From the NCBI GenBank assembly GCA_951406725.2, contig OX597826.1, positions 5,828,001 to 5,892,000 on the forward strand: a stretch of 64,000 nt of DNA. Reading direction: 5' to 3'. The notes below the pieces were generated by a model. It was given only the letters and a program-made list of their open reading frames with translations, ran no database searches and was not told where the DNA came from. Below, in pieces: positions 25,897-38,385 of the stretch. A program made the position numbers and the translations under genes. Origin of the DNA: Octopus vulgaris. Lineage: Eukaryota. Within the stretch, counting starts at the first letter, position 1. Each line of letters starts with the position of its first letter.

Positions 25897-27205
25897 TGTG
25901 TGTACGTGTGTGTTTGTGTGTGCCTACGTGTGCGAGCAGTCTTTGGTAAAATCCTATTTGAGTGAAATTGAAGTTTGGTCATATACTAGGAACAACTTAA
26001 CTGATTCAAGAATACATGAGTTTACTCAAGAATATGTGATTTTCCTCATAATTTTTCTTCACATCGAAAGCCCACCTTCCTCTTGATATAAGTCAACTTT
26101 TAGAAAGGAATGTAATAATCCAAATACTTTCGAGAGGCAGATATTCTATCAAGAGTTTCAATATCAACGTCACCCGATTAGAAGTCTTCAAAATACTCAA
26201 GTTCACATGCGTTTAGAAATATGGATTATGTTTTTCATATCGTTTTGAAGATTGATTGAATATGGATTTTTATCATCAGCACTTTCAGAACATTACGGCT
26301 TTCGGCTACTCTATAGGATTAGCTTCTAGTGAGAGAGTAAGGATGTGTTATCGTGTCCCCTTTACTAAACAACAGCAGTCATTATTCACAATCTTTTCGG
26401 TGCATATTGTCACACTGAGATTATTGGATAACAGCATACGATTAGCATGAAAAATGCTGGATATTGCTTCTGTTATTTTTAACCTTCTCTTTCCCTCGTG
26501 TTTCTATGAGAGGTAGAAACCGTATGTAGTCACGTGTTTTGTAGGTCTGAGTGTAAATGCGAGTTGATTTTCTTTGGTTCTCATTTTTGCGGGTGTATTA
26601 TACACACAGAAGATGCTTTAATGCAGAATATGCTTTCCCGTAAATACTCTCTCCTTAAATTCTTGCTATTTAAATTATATTTTCTCTAAATGAGTGATAA
26701 ATAAGTCCTTTAATAGGTCACTCCACAGGTTCTTTGATGAAATTGAAACAACTGCTAGTGTGTCAACACATTTTTATATTTAAACTTAATTTATTCGACA
26801 GGTGTCCAAACTGAAATAGTATCTTCATTCAGCCTGAAAATAATATATAAAGTTGGCAATAACATCTCAAATGGAGAGAAGTCACTAACATCCCCTTTTA
26901 ACCAAAATATCCTAACATTTCACAAGAAGGGTATTTTCTTCCGCATGCTCATTAAATTATCGCTTTGACATAAATTCGCTGTGCAACCATGAATTTTACA
27001 ACCATATTTGAACTGAAAGGACCTGGCGTGATACATTTTAAACTAAGACCTATGAAAGTGCCAATACGCAACCATCGAGTGGCATTAACTGGGTATGTCT
27101 GTGACAAGCTTTTAAGATAGATTTTCTCATTCCTAACACAAGTTCCTTGTAAATAATTATCATCAGCGATTACCATAATACTATGCAGTATCTTCTATAT
27201 ATACA

Positions 27206-27365
27206 GGCGCAGGCGGGTTTGTGTTGTGAAAGCTTGCTTCGCAACCTCATGTTACGGAGTTCAGTACCACGCAGTAGCATCTGGGTCAAGTATTTTCTAA
27301 TACAGATTCAGGACGACCAAAGCATTGTGAGTGAATTTGGTTGACGGCAAATGAAAATGCACCAT
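27206..27365 (+). mobile_element. SINE family B 5' half
   Basis: 'ggcgcaggcgggtttgtgttgtgaaagcttgcttc...gaccaaagcattgtgagtgaatttgg'. Confidence 0.8.
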
Positions 27366-27407
27366 ATATGCGTATGTGTGTATATATGCTATACTATATA
27401 GTTCATT

Positions 27408-27793
27408 GTGGAGGCGCAATGGCCCAGTGGTTAGGGCAGCGGACTCGCGGTCGTAGGATCGCGGTTTCGATTCCCAGATCGGGCATTGTGAGTGTTTATT
27501 GAGCGAAAACACCTAAAGCTTCACGAGGTTCCTGCAGGGGGTGGTGGTGGTGAGCCCTGCTGTACTCTTTCACCACAACTTTCTCTCATCTTTCTTCCTG
27601 TTTCTGTTGTACCTGTATTTCAAAGGGCCAGCCTTGTCACACTCTGTGTCACGCTGAATCTCCTCGAGAACTACGTTAAGGGTACACGTGTCTGTGGAGT
27701 GCTCAGCCACATGCATGTTAATTCCACGAGCAGGTTGTTCCGTTGATCGTATCAGCTGGGACCCTCATCGTCGTAACCGACGGAGTGCTCCTA
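27408..27793 (+). mobile_element. SINE family C, full length with 13-bp TSD
   Basis: A-box 'tggcccagtggttagggc', B-box 'ggtttcgattccc'; TSD tatatagttcatt at 27395-27407 and 27794-27806. Confidence 0.93.
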
Positions 27794-30230
27794 TATATAG
27801 TTCATTATGTAAACATATACGTACATCTTTACATTAATATGTATGCTTAGCATAATATAGTTTTACATTCTCAAATTAATGACAATATAAAAATGTAAAT
27901 TATGTTCTAAATATATACGCAAAATTCATCATTCATATGCAAATTATATGGAAGGCTAGAACTGGACAAGATTTCTTAAATTTGATCTGCAAAAAAAAAA
28001 AAAGTGAAATAGCCTTGCATTGTATTAGCATTTGTAAGAGAAGAATTTCCGCTATGAATGCACTCAAATCGATTACGCCTAGGCACTCTTAAAAAATAAG
28101 CATAAAACGGAATTTACAATCCTTGACTTAAGTAAAATAAGAGGAAAAAAATAGAATATAAGTAGATATAAAGAAAATATAATGAAAATAATTAAAAAAT
28201 AATTTGGGGATAAGGAAACCAAAGAAGACAAGAACATTTTATAAATGATGAGTAGGTTGTTCAGCTGTGGCTAAGAATTCGAAAAGCATTTATGCATGAG
28301 TGCTTCAAGCTAGGGAGTTACAAGTGGACTTAAGGATTATATTCTTCAATTAACAATGTTTATTCAAAATCAGCCTTCGATTACATTTGTTCTTAATAAA
28401 AATGCTACTACGATCTCACACACGCGCGAATATACACATTTAATATTCCAAGTCATATAGCATATGCCATGTACAATGTACATCCATACATATTCTGCCA
28501 TGTACAATGTACATATATACACACACATATCTATAAACGCACACGTGTGAGCTACATGTATCAATTCGGCAACACAAGTTCCTTTTCTCAAAGAGGTTTT
28601 AATGGAATGATACACTTCACTGAGAGACAAACTTGACAACATCTGAAATCGTCATGGCTGCGATTCGCTTTTTATAAATGAGTCATAATTTTGTTAAAAT
28701 TCTCCTCCTTTAAACTTCATACATCTTTAAATAATTCCTGATGTCTAAATATATACATACACATGTAGTTCGATAAACTAAAGGGTGTTATAATTACTTG
28801 TTTGGTGCTTCTACTTGAAATCTATCTCTTCCTATTCATCTTATCTTTTGAAACCGCTAGTACGATTTAGTGGGCACAATTTCCTTTGAAAATACTTCTG
28901 GAAAGCGGAAAAGCGGATTGTCCCTTTGTTTTATGTTTACAACTCGCTAATTGGCAGAAACATTGTTATTTTCAGTGGTAAACACAGCACCAGATGGTCG
29001 CCCACTTCAAAATCTCACAAGGATGTAATCAAACAAAATAATGCGCGTTAAAGCGTTATCGCCGTCTCAAAGTTTTAAAGATCTTATATACTGCCTATTG
29101 GTAAGCTATCATTGATAGGGTAGAAAAATATTTGGCCACATTTGTTTCTGTATTGTTGCTTTTACGAATATAACTGATGCTCCGTAAGTAATGACTATCT
29201 TAGTACTAGGAGCTAATTTAATGTTTCATTATTATAATGAGCTCCCTGATTACTCTTATTTCCTGCCTCACGAGAAAGTGAATAGGTGCTAATTTTTTTT
29301 AATGTATTTATGACCGTTTTCTATAAAAGCGATTCTTAGCAGTTTATAAATCGAATTTTATTCCTAATGCATTAAAAATATTACCTATATCAGAATAGAC
29401 GAATATTACTATTTAACGATATTCATTTCGATCTTCAGTTCCCTTTGTAAGGGACCATATTTCTTGGCAACTACGTTTGACATACAAATATAGCAAAACA
29501 GCTAATACTTGCGATGTGCAGCGACAATACTAATATATGAAACGCTATTAGATACATCACTTCTACATTTCTAGGAACTTTAGTTCCTTTAAAAGCAGTT
29601 GAAACCCTACTATATATATTTACGAAGAAACCAATGTCTATATTACAGAAATTCATGAAACGTGGAGCTCTACGCCGCAAAGGATAAAAAGTGTCATGTT
29701 AACTGTTAGGAAAGAGAGAATCTATTTGTTTATTCTAACTACTACACATATCACTACGTATATTGCAGTTGTATTTGGGAAATTAATTGTATGATCCACT
29801 TAACGATAACGAAACAAGATCGTCATCCACTTTATAATATCAACAATAATGTTTACTTATAAATTAATAGAATGACATACATTTTAAAATTATTTTGGTT
29901 TAGTAGATGTGTCTGATATTTTTGAGAGGGGAGAATGGTATGTGAGGATTTCGATATTTCGTGTACATTATTTTTTTTACTTAGCGCGTAAGTGGCAGTG
30001 TTTTTCACAAGTACAGGGGTAGTGAAAGTAATTATGAAAGGAAATCACCACAACTAAGTGAAACAAAGCTGGGTAAATTCCATCCATCTGGCTTGTACGG
30101 TGTTTCTTTCTAAGAGTGCCATTGACAAGGTATTGGTCAAACAAGGAGATTAATATATGCGAAATGGACTTAAACATTTAGGGTTTCGTAATCATAAGTC
30201 ACACTCATACATGCATACATATATATGCAT

Positions 30231-30600
<370 letters not shown>

Positions 30601-30661
30601 AGAGAGCCTGATAGATAGAGAGGGAGAGATGGATGGATAGATGGATGGATGGATTTATAAG

Positions 30662-30850
30662 CAAGAAAGAGACGAAGAAAGGCGAAGGAACAACTAGCGG
30701 ATGTATTAGTTTAACACTTGGAAAGAATGGAAAAGTCTCTGAGGTTTCGACCTTACGCTCCTCGACAGAAAGGAGTAAAAGGAAAAGAATGGAGAGAGAG
30801 TGAAAAGAAATGGAAAGAGAAAAGAATGTGTAGGGATTAAAGGTTCAACA
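30662..30850 (-). mobile_element. Repeat family P copy (Penelope-type, degenerate hammerhead-like motif at 30736-30772)
   Basis: Similar to 58821-59053; minus strand CTTT-CTGTCGA-G-GAGCgtaaGGTC-GAAA-CC-TC-AGAG. Confidence 0.6.
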
Positions 30851-31031
30851 TGATGTAATGGATATTGTTAATGTTTACTTTCCTATCGAGTGACCTTCCT
30901 TTCACTCAACACAATAGAAACAAGCATGTAAAGCGTATATTGGCATCTGTGTGTGTGTATGTATGTATGTATGTATGTATGTATGTATGTATGTATGTAT
31001 GTATGTATGTATGTATGTATCTATCTATCTA

Positions 31032-31075
<44 letters not shown>

Positions 31076-31078
<3 letters not shown>

Positions 31079-31280
31079 TTTATTTAAAAGCAGCAGAAAT
31101 GTAACAAAAGCTGTTACTCTGAGTAGAGTATCACGTTCCCGTCGTCGGACAGTTTTTGTTAAAATAGAACCGGAATAACAATTTGATCAAAAGTAGCTAA
31201 ATGATACACCTTTAAAAATAGATTTGTTTCATTGGTCCTTTCAAATAACGGTCATAGGCGAGGGATAAATAAAATAAACA
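31076..31280 (-). mobile_element. TA-flanked repeat with a degenerate hammerhead-like motif (31111-31152)
   Basis: Minus strand CTGT-CCGACGA-CGggaaCGT-GATA-CTCTactcAGAG-T-A-ACAG; two core substitutions. Confidence 0.5.
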
Positions 31281-31923
31281 ACATAATAAATGAGTTCAAT
31301 ATAAATTCTAAAAAAAGAGGAAAAACCTTAAATCGAAGTGTTGATTAAAATACATATTGTCATTAATTATGTAGAAAATATAATTCGATTAATATAATTA
31401 ATACGTAAAAATTGAAATTAAAATATATTAAAATATTTCACAACAGTATATACTGATACGAAACCATCAATATACATGTATGCATCAAAATACACAGATA
31501 GATGTGCACAGACCACATACATATACAGACATATAAATGCAAAACGAAAATATACACACAAATACATGTACACATATGTATACGAAATCTTGCTCGCATG
31601 CAAAAATCACTTGGTGTATACATATAGACTAGAAGTAAAATGCAGAGAGGGGGAAGAAAATAAAAGGTAACGATATTATAAGCAACAAAAAGCTAAAGAC
31701 GAATATGAATATGAATATGAATTTAAATTTAAATATATACATAATCATATATACATACGTAGACCTAACCTTCACATATTTGTTTCTTTCGTGTTCAATG
31801 AAGGGGAAACCACTCGATAGAACAGTAGACGTTAAAGGTATTATCGTTCTGGTCACGGATGCACAGGCAAAATTCAAGACACTGATTCAACCATAATAAT
31901 AATAATGTTAATAACAATAATAA

Positions 31924-32430
31924 TGGAGGCGCAATGTCCCAGTGGTTAGCACAGCGGATTCGCGGTCGTATGATCGTGGTTTCGATTACCAGACCATGCA
32001 TTGTGAGTGTTTTTTGAGCGAAAACACCTAAAGCTCTACGAGGCTCCGGCAGTGGGTGGTGGTGAACCCTGCCGTACTTTCACAACATTTTCTCACTCTT
32101 TCTTCCTGTTTCTGTTGTACCTGTATTTCAAAGGGCCAGCCTTGTCACACTTTGTGTCACGCTGAATCTCGCCGAGAACTATGTCAAGGGTACACGTGTC
32201 TGTGGAGTGCTCAGCCACTTGCACATTACTCAATGAGCTTCGACGTCACTGGTTCCAAGCTGTATCGGCCCCTTTGCCTTTCCCTTGGATAACACACTAG
32301 GGGCGTAGAGAGGGGAGGCCGGTATGCATGGGCGACTGCTGGTCTTCCATAAACATCCTTGCCCGGACTTGTGCCTGGAGGGGTAACTTTCTATGTGCAA
32401 TCACATTGTCATTCATGACCGAAGGGGGTC
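31924..32430 (+). mobile_element. Chimeric SINE: family C 5' part fused to family D 3' part
   Basis: 31924-32228 matches the 27408 copy; 32233-32430 matches 53813-54012. Confidence 0.9.
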
Positions 32431-32836
32431 ACGACGACAACAACAACAACAACAACAATAATAATAATAATTATATTAATAATATATGCATGATATAGGA
32501 GTGTCTGTGTGTATATATACATATATATGCATACACGTATACCTATACTTATACATAGATTCACGCGCGTATAGACATCTAACCAGGAAAAAAACATGCG
32601 GAGATACCGACACATATCTGTATATCATATTTCTGTATGCATATAAATTTGTATATGAATAACTGCGTTTTTACATATCAGTTTGTACATGTATACGATA
32701 CAAAAAATGCATTTATAATATTCCGTCATAGACGGTTTATAAATACGCAAGAAAATAAAAAGTGTTAAAATTTTCAACTTGACAGAATACATTTGTAAGA
32801 GTAAATTTAGTAGAATTTAGTCCAATTTCGCACATC

Positions 32837-32890
<54 letters not shown>

Positions 32891-33189
32891 ACACACACAC
32901 ACACAAACACACACAAATTACTGCGACAAACGAAAAATATTATTAAAGATAACGAATGGAAGGAAATATAGCTTCTATCAAAATTTATGTTAACAGTAGT
33001 TTTAGTGACGCCAGAAAAAAAAAAAAGAAATGAAATGAAATATATACAAGGAAATACACTATATATCTGTTTAAAGATATATGTAAATAAGCGATATTAT
33101 ACGTGTGTATGTTTGTGCATGTAAATGCGCATATATATGCATATGTGTGCATATCTATACACACACACACATATATGTATATATACATA

Positions 33190-33478
33190 TGGAGGCGCAA
33201 TGGCCCAGTAGTTAGGGCAGATTCGCGGTCGTAGGATCGCGGTTTCGATTACCAGACCAAGCATTGTGAGTGTTTATTGAGCGAAAACACCTAAAGCTTC
33301 ACGATCCTCCGGCAGGGGTGGTGGCGATCCCTGCTGTACTTTCTCTCACACTTTCTTCTGTTGACCTGCCCGCTTAGCCAGCGGGGTGGCGTCATTTGAA
33401 GGCTAAAACAATGCGAAGTGCATTGTGACAAGCGATATGTAGCAACATCTGATAGCCTGGTCGGTCACAGTGACAGTG

Positions 33479-33480
<2 letters not shown>
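33190..33480 (+). mobile_element. SINE family C with an alternative 3' tail
   Basis: Head as at 27408; diverges after ~33360 into 'gttgacctgcccgcttagccagcgggg...ggtcggtcacagtgac'. Confidence 0.9.
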
Positions 33481-33518
<38 letters not shown>

Positions 33519-35050
33519 GTATATGTACATGGCCATATGTTTATATATACATATATAACGTGATTTTCTTCCTCTGACTTCCTTTCTTTGAACTTATTCT
33601 ACATTTCTGATGAAGAACTCCACTCGAAACCGACAAACAATTACATGTGTGTTTGCCTGTGTAAGTGAGTGTGAGTGAATGAGTGTGTACGTGGCAACAA
33701 TATCTAGTAATTGTATTCACATAAAAAAAAAGTGTTTTACAGTATATTAAATACAATAACTATGTGAAAATATGTTAACATAGAGTTTGGTGCATAAAAC
33801 CAGAGCACGTCATAGCTATCACCAGTGGCAGACACTCAAGGCTACCTCTGCAGTTAGGACTACCATGTCACGTGAGTCTTTGTCTTTGACAATAACGGAT
33901 ACCCCCCCACCCAAGAAAACACTGAAGGTTTTTTCTCTTGATAAATATCGCAGTATTTGTGCGTTGTAAAGCTAAAATTCGCAGAAATATGCGAAAGTGA
34001 AGATGGAAATTATTATTATTCCGCAACTCCACCACTGAGACGATTTTCATTTCAACTGATACACTTTCGTGCTTTGTAGCACTATAGCTCTATGCGTGAA
34101 GCATTATCAAAAATAATACACTTAGTGGTTGACATTAAGTAAGGAATATATAATTATATATGTGCTAGAGTGAGTGTGTGTGTGAGGGGTGTATGTATGA
34201 GCCTGCAAATGCGTGAGTATATTTGTGTGGAAACTTATTTTTCCAAAGTATCGATTCAACACTAATCGGAATATTCTCAAGAAATGGGACCATACACTAT
34301 TTGGCTAAAAATCATTGAAAACCCTGGCGTTTTCATTGAACTTAATAAATACGGAATCAGCTGTATTAGATCAGATATGTTTAATAACTGCCCACATTAC
34401 GTGTAGTACTTTTCACAACATGAGATCATAACGCTACTTTCTGATAGAAATTTTACATATTTTAAATCTAAACCAATATTATAATTTGACGTTTACACGT
34501 TTATAATGCCATGCTTATTTCCATAATACCATAACACATATCTGTTCTTCAAAACATCAGATACATTGTAATTTGACGTGCCTTCTCTAACAATGCTCAA
34601 TAATAAATTACTGGTTATCCGTATTTCTTTCAAGAAATCCTTATTTTATTTCACTCATCCCTGTTATATATATGTATGTATTTTTCTCATAAAATTTTCT
34701 TTAGCTTGACTACAATGTCGCTAAACAGAAACAGGAAATACTTCTAGACCATAATGTAAAAGTATATAATGAGTGATGCACCCCACTATATTTTAAACAG
34801 AGATTGGTATATAAGCTCCTCGTATATGCAACTCACACGAAGCAGTTAATTTAGAAATAACATTAGCTTATGGAGCTTGCAAGTACATTTATCATTAATA
34901 GATTTATATGTACATGTATGCACACACACACATACACACATAATATATATATATATATATAAATATATATATACATATATTGATATGTTTGCATGCATAT
35001 ATACATATACATATACACATATATACATGTATATACATATGTATGTATGT

Positions 35051-35090
<40 letters not shown>

Positions 35091-36233
35091 TCTTAGATAT
35101 ACAAATAAGTATATGTGTGTGTCTGTCTCCGTTTATGTATGCACACTTATTGCTGTTTAGCACAACGTTTCGACAGTAATCAACTATGTAATACAAAACT
35201 TACTGTAGTGCTCATCACGGAGTAGAATATTATAACTTATTTCTTGCTTCTCGGTTCCTGGTGTCAATGCCTATTTTCGCATAAAACCATTTAACGCAAG
35301 CTTGTTGAAAAATACAAACAGATAGATGTTCATTCAGGTGATTTATAATGGAAGGCACACAGTCGAAAATACGGTGCACACATGCACACAAGCAGACAAG
35401 AATTACCACACACACGCTAACAAGACATATAAACCGACGCACATAAACTCTCTCTATATGTGTGTGTGTGTGATTGTATGATGTATATATTATATAGTCA
35501 TATACGATATGTGTGCACCACTGTTACTGATGTATTCCTGTGTGCAAGTGCGTGTATATATATATATATATATGTATGAATATATACATATATATATATA
35601 TATATATATGATATACATTTATGAATGCTATTATATGTGTAGGTGAGTGTTATGTGCGTAAGTAGTGTCAATATATTTCAATGATTTTAAAATGAAACAT
35701 ATTTATCTAATTTTCCTTTACTTGCCATAATTCATCTAAAGCTGCCGACATACCGATCCCGCTTTTAATGACGTACAAAATCAACTGATGTCCTGACTTC
35801 AAAGCCAGTTTCATAATTAATATTCATTTGCTCTCTACACCGACTGTTTGATCGGTGTGCTCCACTATTACTATTCCGAATTATATATCATAAAAATATC
35901 ACATATATCATACATTATATATACCTAAACATAACTCTCACGCTTATATCCATATAACCACTTAGTGATACGTACCCGCCTTCGTATAAGAACCCTCATG
36001 GCAAACACACACACACTTTTATTTATAAGCATATGTGCCTGCATCCGAGCGTGTGTTGGTGTTTGTCTTTGTGTGTGTGTGAGGGTGTGAGCGTGTGTGA
36101 TTGTGTGTGCATTATTGTAGTGTCGAAAATTTCTCAAGCTCAATACACATACCTCAAGACAAACATATACATAGATATGTATATAACTATATATACTTAT
36201 ACGTTTACACGTATGTATATATGTATTTCTGAA

Positions 36234-36273
<40 letters not shown>

Positions 36274-36281
36274 CATGTATA

Positions 36282-36437
36282 GGCGCGGGAGTTGCTGTGT
36301 AGCAAGCTTCCCAACTACATGGTTCCGGGTTCAGTCACACCGCGCGGTTACTTGCGCTACTGTTTTCAGCTATATCCTAGGCCAAAACGAACACTGGTGA
36401 GTGGATTTGGCAAATGGAAACTGAAAGAAGCCTGTCG
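36282..36437 (+). mobile_element. SINE family B 5' half
   Basis: 'ggcgcgggagttgctgtgtagcaagcttcccaactacatggttccgggttcagtc...ggaaactgaaagaagcctgtcg'. Confidence 0.85.
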
Positions 36438-36475
36438 TATATATATATGAACACATTCTTTTGCTGTCACTTGAG

Positions 36476-36553
<78 letters not shown>

Positions 36554-36587
36554 TCATTATTTTATTTTATATATATAATGTAACTAC

Positions 36588-36770
36588 ACGTGGCTCGTTA
36601 GCAATTTCTTCTCCATTTTCGACGAATTTTCCCCTTTCTCCTCTCCGATGAAGAGGTATACCTGAAATGTTAAACTCTCTTCTTTCATCAAACGTCAACC
36701 TAATATAGTACCTGTGTACGTCCTCACCTTCGTTGTTCTTTCTTTTTTCCCCCGTTTTTATCCTTTTATT
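36588..36770 (+). mobile_element. Repeat family P copy, diverged (hammerhead-like motif at 36641-36676)
   Basis: CCGATGA-A-GAGGtataCCT-GAAA-TG-TT-AAA; flanks resemble 61136-61328. Confidence 0.5.
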
Positions 36771-36783
36771 TCAAGTGATTAAA

Positions 36784-37655
36784 TACAGTTTACGATGGGG
36801 ATATTATCGCCATTTAATTTTTTTTTATTTCGCACTTGCGAAATAAAAAATTTGTTTTAGATTTTATTAGATTGAGTCTACTACACAGTATACTAGGGTC
36901 AGTTTTCACTGTTTCTCACTGTCTATGAGAAAATCAGCCCCATGGCGCAATTCACTCTGCCAGAAACTCGGAAACGGTATGCTATACTGCTTGGCATTCG
37001 CGGCGTAAAATCCAATATGAACATTTTAGAGTGTTTGAATGTCAATCTTAGGAGAATGCGTGCACCGAGAGTCATAAGAAACAAACATCCAATCAACATC
37101 CTGGTGCTTGGAGTGATCATTAATGACAGCAACGTTATGCTTCCATTCATCTCCCCACACGGCCTCACATTCAACATGGAGGCCTACATCAAGTGGAGAA
37201 GTTAGTGCCGCCCTGACTGAAGATTGTGGCTCCTGGAATACCCTATGTCAGCCAACAGGAGTCTGCAGCATGCCACACAATTAAGAGAAGCCATTCATGG
37301 CTGTCAGACAATTTCTTCAACCACATCACCCTTAACATCTGACCACCTAACTCCCCAGACTGCAACCCCTTTGCTTAATATGTGTGGGGCTCAGTTCAGC
37401 GAGAGACCAACTAAACGTCTTGTAACACCAAAGATAACCTAAAGGCAAGGATTATGGCAGCACCCATCAACTTGAACAAGGCGAACCCCCACAAGAGTTG
37501 AAGCAGATTCCGAAGTCGTTTGGAGCCATGGTTGAAGCCATTGGTGATTTTATTGAATAAATTTTACTCATTAGTAGTTCTAGATATGTTTATATACTTT
37601 TGGTAAATATATCTGTTTTCCGTAATTTAGACGACAATTTATGCAGTGCACCCTG
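36784..37655 (+). mobile_element. Internally deleted DD37D (maT/mori-type) Tc1/mariner transposon, pseudogene
   Basis: Broken translation PRVIRNKHPINILVLGVI..VMLPFISPHGL..EAYIK, PYVSQQESAACHT, I*PPNSPDCNPFA*YVWG, ..VEAIGDFIE*; right TIR '...gacgacaatttatgcagtgcaccctg|TA'; left end uncertain. Confidence 0.88.
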
Positions 37656-37664
37656 TATGTTTGA

Positions 37665-37711
<47 letters not shown>

Positions 37712-37753
37712 TATATATACAGTCATATATATATATATATGTATGTATATATA

Positions 37754-37803
<50 letters not shown>

Positions 37804-37924
37804 GTGTGTGTGTGTAAAATGTAAATGGAATAGTATATATAGGTAAGATATAGACGTATACAGTTACATGTATATGTATACATGTATATATTTATGCATG
37901 GGTGCATGCATGTACATGTTTGTA

Positions 37925-38106
37925 GGCCGGGTTATGTTGTTAAAAGCTTTGCTAAGCAATGTCGTTCTTTTGAGTTCAGTCCCACTAGGACGCCAACCAA
38001 CCGCATGGAGTGACAATCTGGCAGACTGAAACATTTCTGAAAGACCGTCGTACAAGTGTGGAGGTGTGTGTTTTCACCCTATAAATATATGCATATATAT
38101 ACATGC

Positions 38107-38176
<70 letters not shown>

Positions 38177-38385
38177 TTACGCGTCTTTTTTCTGTTTGTG
38201 TCTGCCCTCCCCCATCACTTGACAACCGGTCTTGCTGTGTTTAAGTCCGTGTTACTTAGCGGTTCAGCAAAAGATCTAGTTAGAATTATTAACAGACTTT
38301 AAAAGAAGGGTATCAATATTGTCCATTCATTCGGTTAAAAGTTGTCACGGTGGCCGCAATCAAAAGACTGTAACAAGTAAGCATA
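37925..38385 (+). mobile_element. SINE family B, diverged, with expanded internal microsatellite
   Basis: Head 37925-38050 ('gagttcagtcccact'); tail 38190-38385 ('cacttgacaaccgg..ttacttagcggttcagcaaaaga'). Confidence 0.7.

Noticed and set aside
26799-26815. hAT-like TIR start 'caggtgtccaaact'
   Set aside because: No matching opposite end or transposase trace found.
27408-27485. tRNA gene (also heads at 23797, 31924, 33190 and 53680)
   Set aside because: A and B boxes are present, but the cloverleaf is incomplete and each runs into a shared SINE body.
35155-35225. Minus-strand 'gTGATGA...CGAAACGTT' hammerhead-like motif
   Set aside because: C3 is missing and no stem I closes around the core.
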